Assembly (NCBI GenBank): GCA_013239625.1
Contig: MU054187.1
Span: 1,119,587 to 1,183,586 of the forward strand
Direction of reading: 5' to 3'
Origin: Lama guanicoe
Lineage: Eukaryota
Length of the DNA stretch: 64,000 bases
Numbering within the stretch: the first letter of the stretch is position 1; every line of letters begins with the position of its first letter. Shown one piece after another: positions 38,371-51,499 of this stretch. A program made the position numbers and the translations under genes. The notes below the pieces were generated by a model. The model saw only the letters and a list, made by a program, of their open reading frames with translations. It did not search any database and was not told the origin of the DNA.

Positions 38371-38929
38371 TGGGCTGAACTGGTATGTGCAACATTGCTG
38401 CTTCAGCAAGTTAACATTCTGAGTATTTAAAGAAGAAAATAACACTAGTACAGTGGATAATGGTTTACACCTTTTTTATTTCTTTTTAAAACTTTATTTT
38501 TAATGTGGCTGCTAGTACATACATAAAACTATTAAAGACAGTAACATGAGGCAAACTTTCACCTGTAAGAATTTGTGGTAATGGGTAACTTTTTTTTAAA
38601 GTGAGATGCTTTTGAAATATATTACCTTTTAGTCTTTGGTACATTTTGTTTTTTTGAGACAAAAACTTTAAATGTTCTCAGTTCAGATTTAAATACTCTT
38701 TTTATGAAATTTAGAGATTTTTTTATGGCAATTATTTATTCCTATGAAACTTATCAAATTTGTGCTAATATTTTAAAATTATTATGCTTGTTTATTAGTA
38801 AAACAAAGAAAATTTTGAGATTTTTCTTTAAAGTGGGTGCTTTGTGACACTGATTTCTCTGAGGGTGAGAAATGCCTTTCATAAAGTGATGAGGCTTCAT
38901 AATATGCTTAGAAAATATATGCAGGTTTG

Positions 38930-39090
38930 TTACAAGTCAGAGCTCTGATGAAGTTGGAAGTGATGCCATTACTCACCAGCCGTGAGACCTTGGACAGTTT
39001 CTCAAACTCTCTTGAGTCTTTGACCCCATATAAATCATAGTGCTTTGAGGAGAATAAATGAATAATATCTGTAAAGTCCTTAATGTTATT
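38930..39090 (+). mobile_element. MIR SINE
   Basis: 'gccattactcaccagccgtgagaccttggacagtttctcaaactctc...gaggagaataaatgaataatatctgtaaagt'. Confidence 0.7.
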
Positions 39091-39459
39091 TCTATGAAAT
39101 AATCAGCAAATAACAGTAGTCAATATCTTTTAAAATTATTATTTCACTTTGAAGTTTACAGATAATTTTGGAAAATGCTGTATTTAACATTTTATTTAAC
39201 TTTTGCAGCAGCCTTGTTAAGATGGTAGTATTGGGCTCATTGTGTAACTGACGAAATAAAAAGTAGGAAATATGAAATTGCACAGATCTATGATGACTGA
39301 CAAATCTAGGGACAGCTGGACCCCAGAAACCTGGGCCGAACACAAGGAATTCACCAGAGACATGATGAATTTGAAGATGAAATAAATAGATGGGAATGCC
39401 TCTCATTGTTATCCTGGGGCTTCCCTGTGTTTCCTAAAATGCTCTTGGATGTAGTAGGT

Positions 39460-39634
39460 CAGCGTGTCTCACAAGAGTGCACGTCAAGATCACCTGGTGG
39501 CTTGTTACGGGGCAGGCCTCTGGGCCCCCGCTCAGAGCTTCCCATTCAGTAAGTCGACTTGGAGCCTGAGAATTTGCATTTCTAACAAGTTCCCAGGTGC
39601 TGCTGGCACAGGGGCTACACTTTGCGAACCGCTA
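39460..39634. mobile_element. MER5A hAT-Charlie non-autonomous DNA transposon
   Basis: 'gatcacctggtggcttgtta...gcctgagaatttgcatttctaacaagttcccaggtg...acactttgcgaaccgct' closely follows the MER5A consensus. Confidence 0.9.
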
Positions 39635-39918
39635 TAAAATGAAATGGATGGTTTATACTGGCAAGTATGTGGGGTCTCCTGTGATTTGACCCTGGGTTCT
39701 GTCTGTTTCATGTCCAGGTTTGCTCTGTGGGTAAGGGACGGTGACTGCAGTCACACTCTAGGTGGCCAGGTGTCCTGGAAGACCACGCCAGGACCCCTGG
39801 TCAAGCCAGCTTGCGTCCACGGTGACACTCACAGCAGAACTGAACCTTCAGTACATTTCAGAAGGGACATGGTTTTGAGTATGAATACTGACTATTCTGT
39901 GCACGAACTATAGTCTCT

Positions 39919-40061
39919 CTCTACTGTACAGCACAGGGAGTTGTCCTCAGTGCCCTGCAATAGACCACAGTGGGGAAGAATGCACGCACACATGTAACTG
40001 AGCCACTGTGCTGTGCACCAGAGACGAGCACAACATTGTGGGCCAACATTTTAATAAAAAA
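39919..40061 (+). mobile_element. Short L1 3'-end insertion
   Basis: 'ctactgtacagcacaggga...atgtaactgagccactgtgctgtgcaccagag...acaacattgt...aataaaaaa'; possible TSD TATAGTCTCT (39909-39918) / TATAGTATCT (40062-40071). Confidence 0.8.
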
Positions 40062-40379
40062 TATAGTATCTTGACAAAAAAGCATATAAATAAAAAGAGA
40101 AAAGATTAAAATTGCTCTCAGTAGCATGTGTAAGAATTGAGGATCTTCAAATATTAGTTCCAAATTCTTTCCTAAGTTAAATTCTGATCTAAGCTAATTC
40201 TCCCCCCGAGCACATTTGAGTGAAGGGTATTTTGTGAACAGTGGGAAACACTGGGTTCTGTGGTGGGCGTTTTCTGTCTGAAAGTGAAATTATCCGTGAT
40301 AGCTATTGACAGCCTTCCTGCATTCACATCTACACATCAGGTGTGCACTGACTCCCCACTGCACCCCACGGGGCTCGGA

Positions 40380-40830
40380 GTGAGCAGGGTGTTGTGTGCA
40401 TCTGCACTTGCAACTTCATCCTCTCAGGGAGCTGCCGTCTTTATCACTGTGATGCTCTTCTTTGTCTTGTTACCATTTGGGGCTTAAATCCGTTTTTATC
40501 TGAAGTCAGTACAGCTGCTTCCACTTGCTTTCGGTTCCCACTTGCGTGGGGTGCCTTTCCCACCCCTCACTCTGAGCCTGTTTGTCCTTAAAGCTGAAGT
40601 GAGTCTCTTCTAAGCAGCATGGAGTGAGGTCTTGCTCTTTATACACCCAGTGGCTTTGTGCCTTTTGATTGTTGAATTCAGTCAAATTACATTCAGATTA
40701 ATTATTGATATGTGAGGACTTACTAATACCATTTTATTAGTTACTTGGAGGATTTGTATAGTATAATTGATTCTTTTTTCCTCTCATGATACCTACCTTT
40801 GTGATCTGGTGATTTTCCACAAGGTGATTG
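40380..40830 (-). mobile_element. L1 ORF2 endonuclease-region fragment
   Basis: 'ttttatctgaagtcagtacagct...gctttcggttcccacttgcgtgg...aagctgaagtgagtctcttctaagcagcat'. Confidence 0.8.
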
Positions 40831-43619
40831 CAATTAGCTGTAACTAAAAATGACATAATTTATTGAAGAATAGTTAGATGGAGCTAGATAGGTCTAGGTA
40901 TGTGTAGAGACAGAGAGGTCACTAGACCTATCTCTGTGTCCACATGGTTATATGTGAATATAGTTTACACACACATATGTGTTTATATATGGCTGGGGAT
41001 ACATGTGTATGTATGTGTTATGAGTAAACAATAAGCTTTTTGCTAAGGCAGGCTTCCTACCAGTTTCTGTTCTCTGAGAAAGCAACATGAGTAGCAGCAG
41101 AGCAGAGAACCTCCCCGCCTGCTGCTTACACGTGCATCAGGCATTTTCACAGCTACTTGCCAGGTGTCCCCCCAAGACTTTTCTCTTTCCTCTTGGTGCT
41201 CTTCTACACTGAACAAAAAAGGCAGAAGATGCTTTCATCCAAACAGCTCAGAACAGATAAAGGCTACGTTCTTCAGCTGGGCAGACTTGGGTAAGGGCAG
41301 AGTGGAGGTGGCTCAGCCTGCGGGGGAGGGCGGCTCGAGGGCTGCTTCCAGGAATGTTCTAAACTGACCCTTTGCCTTCGAGAAGACCGTGTTCTTTCCT
41401 GTCCTGTGAATTCCAGTTTTTATAAACGGTGCCCTTTGGTTTTCATAAGAACTCCATACCCTTATTAATTCCAAGAATATCGTGTAGATAAAGAACTAGA
41501 TACCCAGTTACCAGCTGTAAAACAGGAAATCATGTTTCTGCGTGGCCGTCTGACCACTGTCTCAGTGCTCTTCCTTTGACACTGGTCAGAAGCTCCTGTG
41601 GATATTGGTCAACTCAGGTGGGGTGTTTTAGGACCTGACTGAAGTAGTTTTCTAGTACAATTCCACCAATTAAAGCATCTGAAATAATAAGGGTATTAGA
41701 ACTAAAGAGAATTTTTTTGTATTGAGTTCATGGAACTCCTGAAATGAACTCCAGTTAAATCACCTTCATATATTTTGGTGGATAAAGATCTGTAACAAAT
41801 TATTGATATTAAAATTTTATCTCAAGATGCAAGTGAACTACACTCTCCTTTAAAATTAGTGTTTTAATAACATCTTTTTGTTGGTAAATTCTGGGCTTTC
41901 AGGAGGACTCTGCTCACTTCCTCGGTTGTGCTTTTGGTTATAATTGAGTTTATTCTCTGATTTACGTCTTTTCATTACACCTTTTCTATTATGGATTTTT
42001 GAAATTTAATAATGTGATAGTTTAAAATCTGCAGGAAGCATGTAAGTGACAACTGTTTGTTCAGCAGAACTAGGAGAGGCACACGGTGACATCAGGCGTG
42101 CTAGTCCCCCAGCCACGACTTGTCTGGTCACTGAAACTTCCCTTCGAGGAATGCAGATCATGTCACTGAATCATTTTTCTGAGTCTTCAAATACCATGGG
42201 AAAAATGTGAACAACATATACTATTATTTAATTTACCTCAAATTGAAATTCAGTGTGTTTTCATCATTTAGAGAAACTTTGATATTTACTTTCAGTAAAT
42301 TATATGCATTGTACCTGCATATAAATCATATTAAGCCAAAAAAAAACCAAATTGAAGACTTTTTCTCCCTTGTATGAGAATATCTTCAGAGTTTTTACTT
42401 AGGACCACATTCTCCTTGTTCTAAAGCTTGCACACATGTAATTGGATTTTGTGTTGCGAGATACCTCTCCAGAATGGTGAACCAAACTATCACTCTGGAG
42501 AAAAAGAAATTCTACTTTATTATCTCCTATTTTCTTTATTGCTTTTCTCCCACATTAAGGTTTTTGATGCATCTGTTTTAAAACTTTGAATATGGGGTTG
42601 TGTGGAGATACAGCTTTATTTTATTTTTCCCTAGTAGCTGAACATTTCCTAGTGCCGCCTGCTGAGCAGTCACCTGCTGACTTTGGTGACATCTTGATTA
42701 TGTTTAGTGGCTCCCTGTAACCTGGTCCACCTGAAGTCCCCCAGGTGCTCCTCTGGTGTCCACAGTCCTGCCAGGAGCACTGTGTTTCTCTCCATGGCTG
42801 TGGTGTGTTTGCACATCCATCTTCTGTGGGGATGAGCCCCACATCAGACGGCAGCACACCCTGCAGCACTGTGGTCAGCTCTCCCGTGTGCTGCCCCTGC
42901 GTCGGGCAGGTCCTCGCCTCGGTAACTGACCTGGACTTAGAGAAGAGCATCTTGGGCGGGTGCCAGCTAGGAGGGGCCCCTCGCGGCTTCATCTGCCAGC
43001 CCTGCCGGGGGAGGGGAGTCCACACCCTCGGGCAGCTGCATCTACCAGCCGCAGTTTTTCAGTATCCTGAGCTGCTACTGATCATTTCTCTGGAAATGGG
43101 ATGGCCAGTAATTTTACAAGACAATACAGGTCAAGCAAAACTGAGTTAGAGATCTTCTCCATCCTCAGTGTAATCTTCAGGCAGCCAGGGGCCCACTGTG
43201 GGCCTCAGATCTGCAGGTTTTGCACACCCTGCTTCCTTTTTGCTTCCGAGTTTCATAAGGTGAATCTGGTGCAGTCCCAGCCCTGCTAGTTTACTTTTGT
43301 GACAGGCGATGGGGTTAAGGAAGAAGTCTTTATGAAAGGAAAGGAGACAGAGCTACAGCCAGAAATACTAACGTCATTAGCGATGTGCAGTACAGCATCC
43401 ATTCCTTCCTTTGTGTCGTGTTTTCTTTTAACTAACAACCGGAAGCATTTTGTAGAATCTTAGTCTGAAAAGACGTAAAAACAGCTATTAATGCTGCAAC
43501 TCAAGAAATCAAAGTGTTCTTTTGTGGTCATTTACTCTGTCCACAGGCCAAGTCATTGTGATCTCAGATTTTCTGGTTTCACAGTCATGAAGAGGTTCAA
43601 ATCATTTAGCAGAAAGTGA

Positions 43620-43745
43620 ACAATGCAGTGGAAAAGTGAAGGGGTTCCAGGCTGAACTGCCTGCATTAAAATCCCACTTCCAACACTCAGTCGTTGCGAC
43701 CCTGGGCAAATTATTTTCACTTTTGGTGAGCATTCCATGTGGAAT
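43620..43745 (+). mobile_element. MIR fragment
   Basis: 'aaatcccacttccaacactcagtcgttgcgaccctgggcaaattattt'. Confidence 0.55.
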
Positions 43746-44599
43746 GCTCAGCAGAGAGGTTCCCTGTTGATTACAGCCAGGGTCATCGCACCTGAGAAGT
43801 CAGATCAAGGAAAACGAATCATGCTTGAATTACAGGTGGACTTTCTTAGGAAAGGAAGGTAGGAGAGACTTTCTTCTGTTCAATAGAAGTTTTTATTTCC
43901 TTCAGTTTTTGAAAATGTTATCTTTACTTAGTTAGTTAGACAGAACTATTGAAACAAGATGGATTAGGACCCAACGTCTGATGTGCTCCTAGAAAAGCAA
44001 GTCAGCTAATTACGGGTTAAGCCCACAACTCTGGCTGAGCAACCTTTGGGAGATTAGGGCCCAGCGGGACCCAGCCCCACTTGTGACTGCAGATCCTGGG
44101 CAACTATTAAAGTGATGGGTAAAGGCCAACATCTTCCCTGTGAGTGTGAGCTCTTCTCTGTGAGATGCTCTGGAACCTGTGCTGAGTGTGACTCCAGTCC
44201 TCCCTGTGTGCCTGTGGAAATTCCAGCAGAGGATGCAAAGCCATGCAGGGCTCCTGGACTCCTTGTGCATGGTCACATTTCACCAGTCACTCGAATTTTG
44301 GGGGGACTTTGATTCTGAGCCGAATTACCTGGATAAAAAACATGATTAGGGAAATCTGTTTTGGTCGTGTGGATTTCAGCAAGCGAGCTCAGATGAATAG
44401 GGAGAGAGACAGTTAACCCATTTCTTCTTGCTTTACCGCTCCCTCAGTAAATTGACTTTTCTCTTGAAGCTCTGAATAACATAACTACCCGTCTTCTCTT
44501 GCCCGCACGGTCCTATCAGAAAGGCGTCAGTCAGCCAGTCCACGGGGACTCTGGGACTTCACTGGACGTGGCGGACACTGGGCTAGCTCTTGAAAACAC

Positions 44600-44770
44600 A
44601 CTGGCTCATTGAACCCTTAAGGCACCCAGTGATTGTCCCACTAATACCTCCACTTAACAATGAGAAACCTACGTCACCAAAAATGAAAGTGACTTGTCCA
44701 GGGTCACAAAGAGAAGGTGTTGGAGATGGACTTTAACTCGGACAGTTCAGCTTGGAAATCCCTTTGCTCA
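44600..44770 (-). mobile_element. MIR fragment
   Basis: 'acttaacaatgagaaacc...aagtgacttgtccagggtcaca...ggagatggactttaactc'. Confidence 0.65.
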
Positions 44771-46014
44771 GCCTCTGAATTGTGACTCGTCTGCTGGAAG
44801 GCCTGAGCCTCCTCATGACTGGCGCCCAGAAGCCCAAGGCCACAGTCACTGGGACTGTGGAGAAAGTAAACCCGCGTAGAGCTGCGCTTCGGGTCTTCAA
44901 TTCGCAGTGTTAACGCGCGAGGCCCGGTGCCTGGCCCTGCGCTAAGACCTGTGGAGTGCAGAGCCTTCCTGAGCAGCAGCGTGCGCACCTGCAGTTCTCT
45001 GCTGTCTCTTGAAATCCGGTCTGTTACATCCAGACTTTTTGGGGGAACAATTTGCCTCCTGAGCAAGGGATCCCCTTACTCAATGGTTTGGTCCATTTGG
45101 AGTCACCAGAAGCACAGGAGTAGCAATAACTGGAAGCATTTAGGCAAGAAGACCTCAACTGATGAAAGAAAGTTTCAAGATTACTTGAGAGAAGTGGAGA
45201 CCAAGTGGGTCTCTGCGGAAGGAAGAGGAGAGACCCTGAAGCGCTGGATGTGGACTCGGTATAGATGATGTTAAGGCAACAGGACTGACGCAGCCCCCAG
45301 TGCCAGCGGGTCACGTCTGTGCAAGGAGCGTGTGCACTTGATCCTCATGGGCTTCCCTGCGAACACGGCGTGGCGCAGGCTGCTGCTTCCCTGAGTCAGA
45401 GGGCGGGCTCACTTCTGTAAGTCGCTTCCTCCCGCGTCTGTCTGACTTTCCGTCTCAAGGCTTAGAGCTCTCTCCAGCACCGTGGGCTACGCCGAGGTGT
45501 ACTGCTTAGAACCCTTCAGAGGGAAGGCAGACGGAAACGATACATCAGCTCCTTCTCAAGGTAAAAGCTAGAGGCTTAGAGGCACAAACTCAAGGGCAGA
45601 CAGTAAATAATGGAGTTTGAAGTTTTCTTTTTTGTGTGTCATTCCCAGAAGTTCATGTCATATTTTGTTATGAAGTGGCTAAAATTTCTCTTTTTCTTAA
45701 GAAAACTGAAAATAAATGGATCGTAGCTGTGAATAGAGTTTAGAATGACTGGTCTAACTCTATGAGTTTGGGGGAAAAACAGTGTCACTGTGGTTATAGG
45801 TTTTCCTTTTTTCTTACACATTTTCTAATACTTACATTGTGAGTCACTGGATTGAATGTTTCACTCCGTCTTGAAGGACTCTGAAGAGCCCTGTTTCGCT
45901 GAGTTCCACGCCCTCAGGAAATGCAGCGCTGCGCGAAATGCAGCAGGAGCCCGGAGAAGACACGGGAGGGGCAGCCGCGACGTCCGCTTACGCCGCTTTA
46001 AACAGTAATGGGCA

Positions 46015-48300
46015 GGTGGACTTCAAGGTTTAGGACAGTTTCAGGTTTACAGAAGCACTGAGAGGGCTGTCCAGGGTCCCAGGTACCCCTCTCCCAGCCC
46101 CTCCTTAGTGTCATCCTGCCTGAGTATAATGCGTTTGTTACAACTAAGGTGCCAGTAAGAATCTGGTATTTTCACTGAAGCTCACTGTACACTCAGATTT
46201 CTTTAGTTGCCGCCTAGTGTCCTTCTTCTGTCCCAGGGTCTCATCAGGTTTCCCTTGTTACATGTAATCGTCACATCCCCTGCGACATCTCCGGGCTGTG
46301 ACAGTCCCAGATTTCCCTGTCTTTGATGCTGTGACAGTGCTGAAGAGCACTGGTCAGGTGCTCTGTAGTGTCTCTCAAGCGGGATTTTTCTGGTGGTGTT
46401 CTCATGGCGAGACTGGGTTCTTGGAAGGGAGGTGACACAAGGAAGCACCATTTCCTCACATCGCAGACGGCCGTGCACTGCCGACCTACTCCATGCCGCG
46501 GTGTCCCCGGCCGCCTGGCGGGGCAGCCCCCCGCTGTGCTTGTGGAAGGAGCTGCCATGGGCGCCGCCCCTGGGGGCCACTCGCCCGCCCTTCTGTGTGG
46601 ACGCAGCATGCACAAAAGTTACGTGGACCGTTTTTACCCAGACGTGGTCTCTCCTTCCCCGTGTATTAATTCTTCAGCCGTCTCCTCCCATCAGTATGAA
46701 CTTGCGGAATTTTACTTCGTGCTTTGGGGTTTGATCCAATGCTGCCTTATCCCTTGTAGTTCATATCATTTCACCTGCCGCCGCAGGGGCTCTTTCCTGG
46801 GAGATGTCTCCTGTTCTTTAACAGACCCCCACGAGGGTGTGTGGTTTAGTTCTGTTTTCTTTCACTTGGGGAGCACACGGCTACTTTCTGGTGCCACAGA
46901 ATACTCCAGGATCGTCTTGCGTATTTCCTGGAATCAACCATTTCTCCAAGGAGCCATGGCTCCTTTTATTGGAAAATGGTGTTAGAAACCAAGATCGGGG
47001 GGGGGCTGGTGTTCTGGTTGCTACTCGGGTGACCTTTCCCGTAGGTGCACCTGCTGACAGGCCAGAGGAATAGATGTGTGTGTGCCAACCCCTGTGAAAA
47101 CATGGGCTAATATGCGTTTCTCTGTGTGTGTCCATCTGTGTCAGTATTGACCCAACATGAATCAGCACAAGTTACTCCAGCTTCCTCCCTCGATTACCTG
47201 TAAACTTATTCCAGTTGAAAAGGTGCCTCCCACCGGCAGGCACAGGTTTCCTGAAACAGCTCCAGAATGCAGGTGTGGCAGCATCCGGGTTGTCAGAGTC
47301 ACCCCATGGGAAGCACCTTTACCAGCGGAGTGCAGGGCCTCCGTGCAGGCCTTCGCCTTCCACGCCCAGGCTCCACTCCTGTGCACGCTCACCTAGATCC
47401 GCACCTTTGCTCCCGAACCCGCCAGTGAGGTGGTCGTCATACATTCACCCTGAAGACAGATGCTCTTGCCAGAGTCTGAGTTCCTTCCTGGGGTCCCTGA
47501 CCTCCCAAATGATTTTTTAAAATTTCCATGCATAAAGTTTCACTCTTTGGTCTGTAAGTTCTGTGGTTTTTGACAAAAGGACAAAGTCACGTGTCCACAA
47601 TGACAGCATCACACAGAGTAGTTCCAGTGACCGGCGTCATCTTCTGTGCTCCACCTGCTCCTCTCGCCTGCCCTGGCTTCTGCCGCTGGGAATTCCGGCC
47701 ATTTTTCTCGTCTGTATCTTCGCCTCTCCCACGATGTGATGCAGCTGGAGGCATGTCGCATGCAGTCTTCCCAGGCAGGCTCTTTCACTTGGCACGTCCG
47801 GTTGCTTCCTTGGTGTCTTTCTGTGGCTGCAGAGGCCACTTTGCATTGCTGAATACCGTTCTGCTGCGCACACGAGCGGCAGCTTCTACCCCTTCTACTG
47901 AAGGGCCTCTCAAGCGCTTCCTGTTTGGGGCAGGTAGGAGTAAGTTGATGCGGACATCTGTGTGCAGCATTATCTGTGAAAACAAGTCTTCAAATCAAAT
48001 GGGTGAATACTAGGCAGCACCGTTGACAGTCAGGTGCTGAGCCCATGCTCAGCTTTGGGAGACACTTTCCAGCAGGTCTGGGGCGGCCGCCCCACTCCCC
48101 ACATCCCCTGGCGGTTGGGGCCTCCTGGTGCCCGCGTCCCGCCAGTAGTGGCTGCTGCAGCTTTCTGGACCTGGGCCCTTTCAGTGCGTGTTAATGACAC
48201 CTCATTGCTCTTTCACTGGCAGTTGTTTATTGACAAATGATGTGGAGAAACTTTTAATTTTCTTGTTAGCCATCTGTATACCCAGTAGTGTTCCCTGTGC
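46015..48300 (-). mobile_element. L1MC-type 3' UTR and ORF2 end, unusually CpG-rich
   Basis: Starts 'gacagtttcaggtttacagaagcactgag'; includes 'aagagcactggtcaggtgctctgtag', 'ggaatcaaccatttctccaaggagcc...ttagaaaccaagatc', 'ctgtaagttctgtggttttgacaaa'. Confidence 0.85.
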
Positions 48301-50129
48301 ACACCCGTCTGTCTAGACGTCGGGGTGGCAGTTCTGAGACCTCCGTTCTCTGATGCACTCAATGACTGGCTGACTTCCTGTTTGCTATTTTTTTTCTTTG
48401 TTGTAAAGATGAGACAGCTTACAATTTCTTTGCCCATTAGACTGAAAGCAGGAGTCTACTAGTTTTTAAACAGCAGGATCCAGGCTGTTTAGTGTATGGT
48501 TTGACTCTGTACAGGAAATTGTGCAGTTAAAATCGAAATGTGCACTTTTTGACTGGGCATTCCTAATGATTCTTAGGATCGGAGAGAGGGGTCATTCCAG
48601 GGCTAGTGCAAAGGTTCGTTGTACTACTTTGTCATGCACTTTGGGGATTTAAAAAGCACATATGTTTGTAATAAAATCTGGTTGTATTTGTAGTGAGGAA
48701 TAATGTAATACTTTGAGTTTAGAAAATAAGAAGTGATAAAAGGAATGTAGAATGGCTAAGCATAAGTAAGCGATGTCAGTGCAATTCTTGTAGCAAATAT
48801 CTAATATTTAAACCTAATAATTCTCTTCTTATTGATGAGCTCTGGAAAGGACAGGCCTGCCTAAGAGACCTTTCAGTTTTATAAGGCTATGAAAAATACA
48901 CAGTGATTTTCCCTGAAAAAAACGTAGTGGGAACATTTTGTGTATAGACACAGAATTTAATCTAAATTTAACAACTTACTGGTGCATGAGAACAGGAGCA
49001 GGATGTTTGATCTCCTCGGGCTTGGCTGCCTGCCGGCCCAGCCGTCTACCTTGTAAACCTTAGAGGGTTCCTTCCAGTGAGACTCACTTTCTTCAAGTGC
49101 AGAGCTTTTAATTTTTTTCTATTTTAAATTATCTCCACGATGCCTAGACCTGACTAGACATCTTGTTGTGTAAGGAATGTGGCACTGAAATGAATGAAGT
49201 TCATTCCCGGATCATGTGGGCATAAATTGTGCTCACAGCAAATCATCCTGCCAGTGTTTTCTATCTTTTCTCTGCCAGCCAAATTTTTTTCTGGCCTAGA
49301 TATCTTACAAGTAAACTGCAAGTACATTCTTGTAAATATTAACCTAAGAATGGCATACATGTGAAAATAAATCTGTTGAAAATCAGTTTAGCTAATCCAA
49401 AAACCAAATAGAAATAAGTTAATGAAAACCCCAGCATTGCCAAGCAGGGTTGGTCATGATTGAATAAAAGTGTGATTCCCTCCGTGTTATTTATGACACT
49501 TGAGAATCTCTTCAATAAGACAAAGGAGTATTGTAATAGTACTAACAATTGTTAAAAAGGATTGGTTTCATGGTACTTTAATTCTTAGAAGCAGCAGGGT
49601 AAAAAGAACTGGATTAGAAGCTTGTCCTAATTGCATACTCAGTAATTAACTTTGCTCTTAGCCAAGCCATGGATCTTTCCAGAAACCATGTCCTGCAAAG
49701 ACCCTGCAACGACTGGAATCCGTGCACTGATGATGAGTGACTGCTTTTTCCAAGTCTAGTGTTTCAGAATCAGTGCTGTGTAACAGTGAATGTGGAAACA
49801 GGTGTCACAAAGTCAGGCCCCAAACCAGTCCCCCCAAACGCAGCGCAGCACGGTGGAGACAGAGCGCGTTCGCCGGAGAAGTGGTGCACGGGGGCTGTCG
49901 CTAGTGTGATATTCACACAAACTCCACAACCAAGGAGGGTGTAACGCCGGGAGGGAGCCAAATTTGTTTAACTGAAGAAGACGTTTAAATAATGCATTTT
50001 GCTCTGTATCATATATGAACTCCAAGAATGAAAAACACTTACTGCTGACATTTGAACTGATTTTGATAAGACCTTTATTATCAAAGAAGCGCTCAATTTC
50101 ATTCTCTCCGTATGATTATATTCAGTTAA

Positions 50130-50325
50130 CTACGATGACCAACGCTGCGCACGCGCTCCGTGCTGCGCGCGGTGCTAGCCCCGTAAGGCGCGTCTCCTGT
50201 AAGCCTGGCAGCGCCGCGGTGTGCCCGGTGGTCTTTTACGCCGTTTCACCAGTTAGTGACAAAGCTGTGAGACCTAGAGCTAGAATCCCGAGCCAAGCAA
50301 CTCGATTTCAGAACTGCTCTGCCTT
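50130..50325 (-). mobile_element. MIR remnant, strongly GC/CpG-shifted
   Basis: Motif order matches antisense MIR (ends 'agagctagaatcccgagccaagcaactcgatttcagaac'), but the left part reads 'acgctgcgcacgcgctccgtgctgcgcgcggtgctag'. Confidence 0.5.
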
Positions 50326-50902
50326 AGGGCTTCTCAATTAAGGTAATTCTAAGAAAAGTAAAATAATTTTCAATGAAATGATTCCACTTCCAATTCTTTT
50401 AAAAGGGAGGGAACATATATTTCTAAAATGTGTTCTATTTCTATACAAAATGCTGCAATTACAAATACAAAATCATTTTCTTTTAATGGGACAGAAGGAT
50501 CTCCACACTAGATAGCCTCAAAATGTACTTTCCTGTTACTCTGTTTCCCGAATTCCTGGTATTTGAGTTAACCTCTTAGCAAGATCAACAAGATGCTCAC
50601 ATTTCAAAAGAAGATACGGAACATAAACAAATAAAAAATAGATGTCAGAATGGATATGCGTACTGTGATGAACCCCCGAATTTCGTCAGGGATTTCAGTA
50701 ACTTTTAATGAATATGAATGGATTATACAATCCAAGAAACACTGAAAGAAGCCTGGAATGGTGTATCTTTCACTTCAAAGTAGTAGCTTTTCTCTTACTC
50801 TCTTCAGCAGCACACTTATTTATACAAACTCAGTAATTCTAGAGATTTATGTTTTAACTTCCATTGTGATAATAAAGAAAGCCATTCAAACAAAGCAGCT
50901 CT

Positions 50903-50916
50903 GTTGCCTGGGCAAC
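50903..50916. promoter_or_regulatory. RFX X-box motif
   Basis: GTTGCC-TG-GGCAAC matches the X-box consensus GTNRCC(N0-3)RGYAAC; arms extend to TGTTGCC/GGCAACA. Confidence 0.55.
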
Positions 50917-51499
50917 ACTTCTCTTCCTGTGTTCACCGGCGGCTCCAGAAAAGGGGCCATTTCACCGCCAGTAAAGACATGCAGATTATATCCCCTCGTG
51001 AACGACAGGGATTCCGTCCAACCTGAGTAGTGGAGTTCGCTTGCAGGAGAAATGTGTCTCCAGGCCGACTGGACCTGGCGTGGGGGTGCGGCTGCCTGGA
51101 GGCTGTGACGCGAGCCTCTGTACCTGAGGGGCGTCCGCTGGCGAGCATTCACTTGCAGACACAAGTGATGTGTGATGTCGATGTAAACACACGCAGCCCT
51201 TCCCGTCACGAGCTCGTGGGCTGGGGGGAGAGACGGCGAGGGGAAAGGGCTAATACTTCACCAGGACGAAAAATGGAAGAGTTCTGTTTTTCTGTTCCAG
51301 GTGCCACGCGGGGGAGGTGGTTACCGCACCTCTCTGCCTTATTGTCTGTTCCCTGAGGCTGTGTCTGAATAGGCTCCGTGGCAGAAACACTCAAATTCTC
51401 AACGTGCCGTTGAGCAGAGCAGATCAGACGTGGTTTGTGCACGAGGCAGTGTGCTTGGCACGAATTCAGAAGTGCCATTTACTTCCTCTGAGCAGCTGT

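Noticed and set aside
46368..46985. 205-aa ORF
   Set aside because: Falls inside an antisense L1MC 3' UTR.
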